Positions 58,769 through 64,000 of a DNA stretch of 64,000 nucleotides are shown here, one piece after another. How positions within the stretch are numbered: the first letter of the stretch is position 1; the number at the start of each line of letters is the position of its first letter. The notes beneath the pieces were generated by a model. It saw only the letters and a list, made by a program, of their open reading frames with translations. It did no database searches and was not told the origin of the DNA. The stretch is from Candidatus Omnitrophota bacterium (GTDB lineage: Bacteria > Omnitrophota > Gorgyraeia > DTHP01). The translations under genes and the position numbers were made by a program. The DNA lies in the NCBI GenBank assembly GCA_023819145.1, contig JAMWCW010000002.1:75231-139230 (forward strand). Reading direction: 5' to 3'.

Positions 58769-59050
58769 CTATCCTTTAAGACGCTGTTTCATAACCCTTC
58801 CTGCTTTAAATACCGCAACTTTGCGTTGAGGTACAGGAACGGTTACTCCGGTGCGCGGATTTCTTCCTGTGCGGGGACGACGAGATTTAACCTTGAAAAC
58901 TCCAAAATTCCTCAATTCCACTTTCTCTCCCTTAGCGAGAGCATCCACAATCATATCTAAGGTTCTCTGCACGATTTTTTTAACCGCAACCTGTTTTACA
59001 CCCGTATCTTGGGCAATTTTTAACACAATGTCTTTCTTAGTAAGAGTCAT
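58769..59050 (-). CDS. HU/IHF-family DNA-binding protein
   Basis: VELRNFGVF and R.GRNPRTG..V.VP...V.FKAG motifs. Confidence 0.95.
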   Translation of the reverse strand: MTLTKKDIVLKIAQDTGVKQVAVKKIVQRTLDMIVDALAKGEKVELRNFGVFKVKSRRPRTGRNPRTGVTVPVPQRKVAVFKAGRVMKQRLKG

Positions 59051-59071
59051 TTCTCCTCCTTGTTTTAAATT

Positions 59072-59100
59072 ATTTTAAAATAATCGACCTAAATTGTCAA
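59072..59100 (-). promoter_or_regulatory. Near-consensus sigma70 promoter for the HU/IHF gene (TTGACA-17-TAAAAT)
   Basis: 17-bp spacer counted; SD AGGAGGAG downstream. Confidence 0.75.
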
Positions 59101-60089
59101 GCGTTTTCTTCTTTTCTGCCCGGTTTCTTAAACAAATCAAGGAATCTGTCTTCGTATTCCTTATAAACATTCCAACGGTCAAGTTCTTTCTTTAATTCAT
59201 TTGCTTTAGAAATATCTTTTTTTGCCTCTTCAAAAAGGCGTTCGATCTTCTCCTGCGCAGATTTGGGAAGTTTGGTTAAGGAAGAAAGCCCCTTTTTAAG
59301 TTTCTCGATATCCTCATCTGTAATACCTTCAACACCGGTCATTCCTGTTTTCAAATATTCCACCAGTTTATCAATTTCCTCTTCCATAGACCTTGCACGA
59401 CCGGCGAGTTCATTCAAATCTATTTCTATATCAAGAACTTCCTGCATTACTTCCAAAATGGCCAGACTTGACTTCGGATTTTCTAATTGAATAGTGTAAA
59501 GAGGTATTTCACCCAAAAGGCATAATCCTTCCACGCTTTTATCCTTTGCCACAGAGAGAAGAAGCCCATTAAGCCCAGCAATCTGGCCGGAATTCATAAA
59601 CTTTACTTTATAATCTTTAAATTCCTCTAATATTGCCTGAGAAGTAGCGGTCACCCAGACCTCGGGTTCCTGAGTATGGTCTATCGGTTGGGGAAGAGCA
59701 GCAAAGGTAAAAATACGCTTGACTGCAAACTCTTTAGCCAACTCAACAACACGTTCAGCAAAGGCATAACCTTTTTCTAAAGAAGGCTGTGCTTCACAGA
59801 GAAAGAATATTAAGTCATTTGTTTTCTTAGGATTCTTCCAATAGTAAAAACGCGACTGAGGAAGCTGTGTCGGTTGTATTCTCCCCCCTTCTACCCAGGC
59901 TCCAATGGGATTAAAATAGTTCTTGGGAAGAATCATCCCAAAATCTTCTGCCTTCAGTTTATCTTTTAGAAAATGCGCTGCCTTAATCGCTACCTCACCC
60001 ATACCCGGCCAAGAGGCAATAAGAAAAGGGCTTTCCAAAACAGGCTTTTTATGTAAGACTATGTCCTTATGTAACTTTGTCTTCTTCAT
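59097..60089 (-). CDS. PAC2 (proteasome assembly chaperone)-family protein; probable start ATG 60089
   Basis: WPGMG.V, EAQP, G.I.GLNGLL and CLLGE.P motifs; helical C-terminal extension. Confidence 0.75.
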   Translation of the reverse strand: MKKTKLHKDIVLHKKPVLESPFLIASWPGMGEVAIKAAHFLKDKLKAEDFGMILPKNYFNPIGAWVEGGRIQPTQLPQSRFYYWKNPKKTNDLIFFLCEAQPSLEKGYAFAERVVELAKEFAVKRIFTFAALPQPIDHTQEPEVWVTATSQAILEEFKDYKVKFMNSGQIAGLNGLLLSVAKDKSVEGLCLLGEIPLYTIQLENPKSSLAILEVMQEVLDIEIDLNELAGRARSMEEEIDKLVEYLKTGMTGVEGITDEDIEKLKKGLSSLTKLPKSAQEKIERLFEEAKKDISKANELKKELDRWNVYKEYEDRFLDLFKKPGRKEENA

Positions 60090-60136
60090 CTCTTTTTTAT
60101 GTAGTATATTATTTTTTCTCATTCCTGTCAATAGAC

Positions 60137-61933
60137 TTATGTCAGTTTCAATACCGCCATAAAAGCCTCCTGCGGAATCTCGATGTTTCCAAATTGTTTC
60201 AAGCGCTTTTTGCCTTCTTTTTGTTTCTCCCAGAGCTTTCTTTTACGGGTTATGTCTCCGCCATAACATTTAGCAGTTACATCCTTACGTAAAGGGGGAA
60301 TCCGTTCTTTTGCCACCACATGGCTACCAATGGCAGCCTGAATCACCACCTCAAATAATTGACGGGGAATAAGCTGCCGAAGAAGGGTTACAAGATTACG
60401 CGCCTTTAACTGGGCTTTATCTTTATGCACCAGACTGGAAAGCGCATCGCAGGGTTTACCATTAACAAGAACATCCAACTTCACCAGTTCGGTAGCACGA
60501 TAATCAGTGAACTCATAGTCAAGAGAACCATAGCCACGGGTCATAGACTTTATTTTGTCGTAAAAATCCACAATTATTTCAGAAAGGGGAATTTCATAAA
60601 CCAACCTACACCTCCCATCACCTAAGTACTCTGTGGATTTATAAATTCCCCTACGAGAAAGAGCAAATTCCATTATGGACCCTAAAAAATCTTGGGGAAT
60701 AATAAGATGCGCTTTAACATATGGTTCATAAATCTCGGCAATATTCACGGAAGACGGGAAAAGTGAAGGATTATCCACTTCCATAATTTCCGCTTTGCGG
60801 GTTTTTATTTTATACTTTACTGAAGGAGTGGTAAGAATTAAATTCAAACCATATTCCCGTTCTAAACGTTCCTGGACTATTTCCATATGCAGTAAACCTA
60901 AGAAACCACAACGAAAACCCGGACCAAGGGAAGAAGAAGATTCTGGTTCAAAAATAAAACTGGCATCGTTCAATTTCAACTTTTCCACCGCTTCACGAAG
61001 AAGAGGAAAATCTTTGGGATTAACTGGATAAATTCCACAATATACCATCGGATGCATACTGCGATATCCAGGCAAAGGTTCTTTTGCAGGAAAATCTACA
61101 TAAGTAACTGTTTCACCTGCATTTATTTCTTTAGGCTGACGGATATTAGCGGTGAAATAGCCCACTTCCCCCGCGGATAATTCCTCCACGCTCACGGGGC
61201 GAGGCTGAAACACGCCTACCTCTTGAACCTCGTAAATCTTACCTGTTCCCATCAACATCACCTTCATCCCCTTCTTGAGAAAGCCGTTAACCAAACGTAC
61301 ATAAACTACCACTCCTTTATAATTATCAAAAGAAGAATCAAAAATCAATGCCTGAAGAGGAGAATTCTTATCCCCTGTGGGGGGAGAAATTTCTCTAACA
61401 ATGCGTTCAAGAATTTCCTCTACACCAATACCTTCTTTGGCAGAAGCAAAGGTTATCGGCTCTTCTTTTAAATTTAAAATCTTACGAATTTGTTCTTCTA
61501 CTTTAACCGGTTCGGCATTGCTCAGATCTATTTTATTTATCACGGGAATAATCTTTAAATGATGTTCGAGGGCAAGATAAAGATTGGCAACGGTCTGTGC
61601 TTCTACTCCCTGGACAGCATCTATTACCAATATTGCTCCTTCACAGGCGGATAGACTTTTGGCTACTTCAAAAGAAAAATCGACATGGCCGGGAGTATCA
61701 ATTAAATTAAGACAATAGGTGTTGCCATCCTTAGATTTGTAGTTAATTCTTACTGCGGAAGCTTTAATAGTAATACCTCTCTCCTGTTCCAACTCCATAT
61801 CATCAAGCATCTGATTATGAAATTCTCTTTCATTAATTGCTCCTGTATGGAGAAGAAATCTATCCGCCAAAGTAGATTTACCATGGTCAATGTGAGCAAT
61901 GATACAGAAGTTGCGGATTAAAGAAATATTCAT
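60137..61933 (-). CDS. lepA: Elongation factor 4
   Basis: AHIDHGKSTLADR, DTPGHVDF, GFRCGFLGLLH and KCYGGDITRKRKL motifs. Confidence 0.98.
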   Translation of the reverse strand: MNISLIRNFCIIAHIDHGKSTLADRFLLHTGAINEREFHNQMLDDMELEQERGITIKASAVRINYKSKDGNTYCLNLIDTPGHVDFSFEVAKSLSACEGAILVIDAVQGVEAQTVANLYLALEHHLKIIPVINKIDLSNAEPVKVEEQIRKILNLKEEPITFASAKEGIGVEEILERIVREISPPTGDKNSPLQALIFDSSFDNYKGVVVYVRLVNGFLKKGMKVMLMGTGKIYEVQEVGVFQPRPVSVEELSAGEVGYFTANIRQPKEINAGETVTYVDFPAKEPLPGYRSMHPMVYCGIYPVNPKDFPLLREAVEKLKLNDASFIFEPESSSSLGPGFRCGFLGLLHMEIVQERLEREYGLNLILTTPSVKYKIKTRKAEIMEVDNPSLFPSSVNIAEIYEPYVKAHLIIPQDFLGSIMEFALSRRGIYKSTEYLGDGRCRLVYEIPLSEIIVDFYDKIKSMTRGYGSLDYEFTDYRATELVKLDVLVNGKPCDALSSLVHKDKAQLKARNLVTLLRQLIPRQLFEVVIQAAIGSHVVAKERIPPLRKDVTAKCYGGDITRKRKLWEKQKEGKKRLKQFGNIEIPQEAFMAVLKLT

Positions 61934-61967
61934 TATTTCGTTTTACTCGTTAAGCTCGTTAGGTTTG
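61932..61967. repeat. Degenerate 9-bp tandem array immediately upstream of lepA
   Basis: attatttcg ttttactcg ttaagctcg ttaggtttg; same unit family as 48793-48855. Confidence 0.6.
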
Positions 61968-62007
61968 TGGCCTTATTTAAAAACCAGACAACCCCACTGC
62001 AAAATGT

Positions 62008-63429
62008 TTAGAGGTTCAAGGCGAATTCCTTGCCGAATTTAAGTAACATATCTGCTCTTTTCTGTGTATGGGCTTCTGCATATATCCTTAAAATAGGTTC
62101 AGTTCCTGAAAGCCTAAAGAGTAGCCAGCTTTCGTCAGCAGAAATAAATTTTATTCCATCAAAATCCTTTACTTCTAAAACCTTTTTACCGAGAATGTTT
62201 TCAAAGGGTTTTTCTTTTAATACTAAGAATAATTTATTTTTAAGCTCTTGGGGATAATGTATATCTTCGCGAACATAATAGAACTTACCAAATTCCCTAT
62301 CTATATCGTTCATTATCTCGATTATAGACTTCCTCCGATAAGCCATCATTTCCAGAATAAGCAATCCCGTAAGCATCCCATCTCTTTCTGGAAGGTAGTG
62401 TTTTACTCCAATTCCTCCAGATTCCTCCCCCCCGGCCAAAATATCTTCTTCCCGCATAATCTTTGCAACATATTTAAAACCGACTGCTGTTTCATACAAC
62501 TTAAGATTATATTTTTGAGCAATTTTATTGATTAAAGTAGTATTAGAGATAGTCTTAACCACTCCTCCAAGCCACTTTCTATCTTCCAAAAGATGTAAAA
62601 TAATCAAAGCAAGCACTCCTCCTGCATTAATTATTCTACCGTCGGGACGAACACAGGAAACACGATCTGCGTCTCCATCATTAACAATCGCCAGGTCAAA
62701 TTTCCCTTTTTTCATCTTTTCAACCACTTCTTTCATATTTTTAGGTATTGGCTCTGGATTTATCCCCCCAAAGAGCGGATTTCTCTCTTGGTGTAAAAGC
62801 GTTACCTTGCACTTTGTCCCTTTTAAAATCCGCGGGATAAAGTCATCTCCGGTTCCATACATTACATCTACAAGAATACGGTAACTTCTGCGTCTTAAGA
62901 GTGAAAGATTTAAATAACTGCGTAAAAATTTTACATACTCTTGAGAAGGGTCAATTAGTTCAAGGAGTTTTTTTTCTATAGCTTCCTTTTGATTAATTCG
63001 CCTAATCTTACTTTGGCCGATAAAAGACTCAATCTCCTTTGTAACCTCTGGTTCCGCAGGACCTGCATAATCCATTTTTATTTTTATTCCGTTATATTGA
63101 GGAGGATTGTGACTGGCAGTAATAATTATACCTCCTGACAGTTTGTGCTTTTTAATAAAGAAACAAACCATCGGTGTGGGACTTGGCTTATTAATAAGAT
63201 AGACTTTAATTCCATTACCACTAAGAACTTCAGCAACCATCTGGGCATAACTTTCGGAAAGAAAACGCGTATCGTAACCTACCACTATCTCGGGTGCATC
63301 TTTTCTCTGGGACAGTTGCGCTCTTTTATTAAAGTAATCGGCTATTGCCTGGGAAACAAGGACAACATTTTCAAAAGTAAAATCATCAGAAATAACCGCC
63401 CTCCAGCCATCAGTTCCAAACTTAATCAT
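62008..63429 (-). CDS. Phosphoglucomutase/phosphomannomutase family protein
   Basis: FGTDGWR, TASHNP, DGDADR, GGEESGG and R.SGTEP motifs. Confidence 0.94.
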   Translation of the reverse strand: MIKFGTDGWRAVISDDFTFENVVLVSQAIADYFNKRAQLSQRKDAPEIVVGYDTRFLSESYAQMVAEVLSGNGIKVYLINKPSPTPMVCFFIKKHKLSGGIIITASHNPPQYNGIKIKMDYAGPAEPEVTKEIESFIGQSKIRRINQKEAIEKKLLELIDPSQEYVKFLRSYLNLSLLRRRSYRILVDVMYGTGDDFIPRILKGTKCKVTLLHQERNPLFGGINPEPIPKNMKEVVEKMKKGKFDLAIVNDGDADRVSCVRPDGRIINAGGVLALIILHLLEDRKWLGGVVKTISNTTLINKIAQKYNLKLYETAVGFKYVAKIMREEDILAGGEESGGIGVKHYLPERDGMLTGLLILEMMAYRRKSIIEIMNDIDREFGKFYYVREDIHYPQELKNKLFLVLKEKPFENILGKKVLEVKDFDGIKFISADESWLLFRLSGTEPILRIYAEAHTQKRADMLLKFGKEFALNL

Positions 63430-63474
63430 TCCTTTTGACCTCCTTATTTTGTTCTGAAACTTAAATTTATAATT

Positions 63475-64000
63475 TTATTTGTTAACCACTAATCCATAAA
63501 TTCTTCCTATATCCTCTACGCTGATAATACCCAATAGTCTTCCTTCTTTTACCACCGGAATGGCTCTTAATCCCGAGAGTTCTAATTTATTGTGAACCTC
63601 GTATAGAGTATTATCGGGGCTAACGAGAGGAAAATCATGCCACATTATTTCACCGGCTAAAACCTCTTTTCCGCGTTGATGCAAAACAGAGATTATTTCT
63701 CCCCGCGGCAAAAAACCTACAAGCCTATAATCATCTACTACAGGAAAATCTTCCTGATGAGTATGAAAAATTAACCCTAAAATCTCATTTATGGTTGTTT
63801 GGGGAGAAATGGTTATAAAATTGGGGTTCAAAATATCCCGAGCAAAAAACCTCTTTAGAACCATTCTCAAATCCACCTGTGCTCCTTCCTGAGAAGCAGC
63901 AAAATAAACAAAAAAAGCAATAACGATGAGAAGAAGATGATTATATCTGATTCCTAAAAAGATAAACAAAACAGCAAAAAAATGTCCCAATTGAACTGCT
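63475..64000 (-). CDS. Probable site-2 protease (M50) with tandem CBS domains, 3' part; start outside window
   Basis: TM segment IAFFVYFAASQE followed by two CBS domains (FPVVD..LVG; IPVV..G.LLGIIS.EDI). Confidence 0.7.
   Translation of the reverse strand, partial: AVQLGHFFAVLFIFLGIRYNHLLLIVIAFFVYFAASQEGAQVDLRMVLKRFFARDILNPNFITISPQTTINEILGLIFHTHQEDFPVVDDYRLVGFLPRGEIISVLHQRGKEVLAGEIMWHDFPLVSPDNTLYEVHNKLELSGLRAIPVVKEGRLLGIISVEDIGRIYGLVVNK

Noticed and set aside
59072-59101. AAATTGTCAAG similarity to the right arm of palindrome copy 3
   Set aside because: Explained by a canonical -35 box with a 17-bp spacer; no left arm.
764-63438. The many short plus-strand ORFs and alternate-frame minus ORFs in the ORF track
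   Set aside because: They lie over well-supported minus-strand genes and have no recognisable motifs; treated as shadow ORFs.

Overview
Low-GC bacterial chromosome segment in which every credible gene (about 55 CDS and one tRNA) lies on the minus strand. The gene content suggests a diderm such as Candidatus Omnitrophota (inference only). About 1-36 kb is a large LPS/surface-glycan locus: glycosyltransferases of families GT2, GT4, GT9 and GT87 plus other GT-C types, a flippase, methyltransferases, a B12 radical SAM enzyme and nucleotide-sugar enzymes. About 36-64 kb is housekeeping: lptD, tal, ROK kinase, two diguanylate cyclases, accD, tRNA-Arg(CCT), apt, a sigma factor, ppdK, glyQS, recO, ybeY, pgpH-like, phoH, aspS, hisS, HU, PAC2, lepA and PGM/PMM. 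Main findings: (1) a RAYT/Y1 HUH transposase with a C-terminal HTH sits inside the glycan operon, and four copies of a 33-bp imperfect palindrome each contain a stop codon and mark gene-block boundaries; (2) a ~410-bp internally deleted IS110/IS1111 mini-element keeps its 12-bp inverted repeats and a structured 3' non-coding region; (3) a methyltransferase is split at a G7 tract; (4) a plant UER1-like rhamnose epimerase/reductase appears to replace RmlC/RmlD; (5) degenerate 7-9-mer microrepeats are inserted into genes and spacers; (6) two tRNA synthetase genes have leaderless-type promoters. No CRISPR array, rRNA or prophage was seen.
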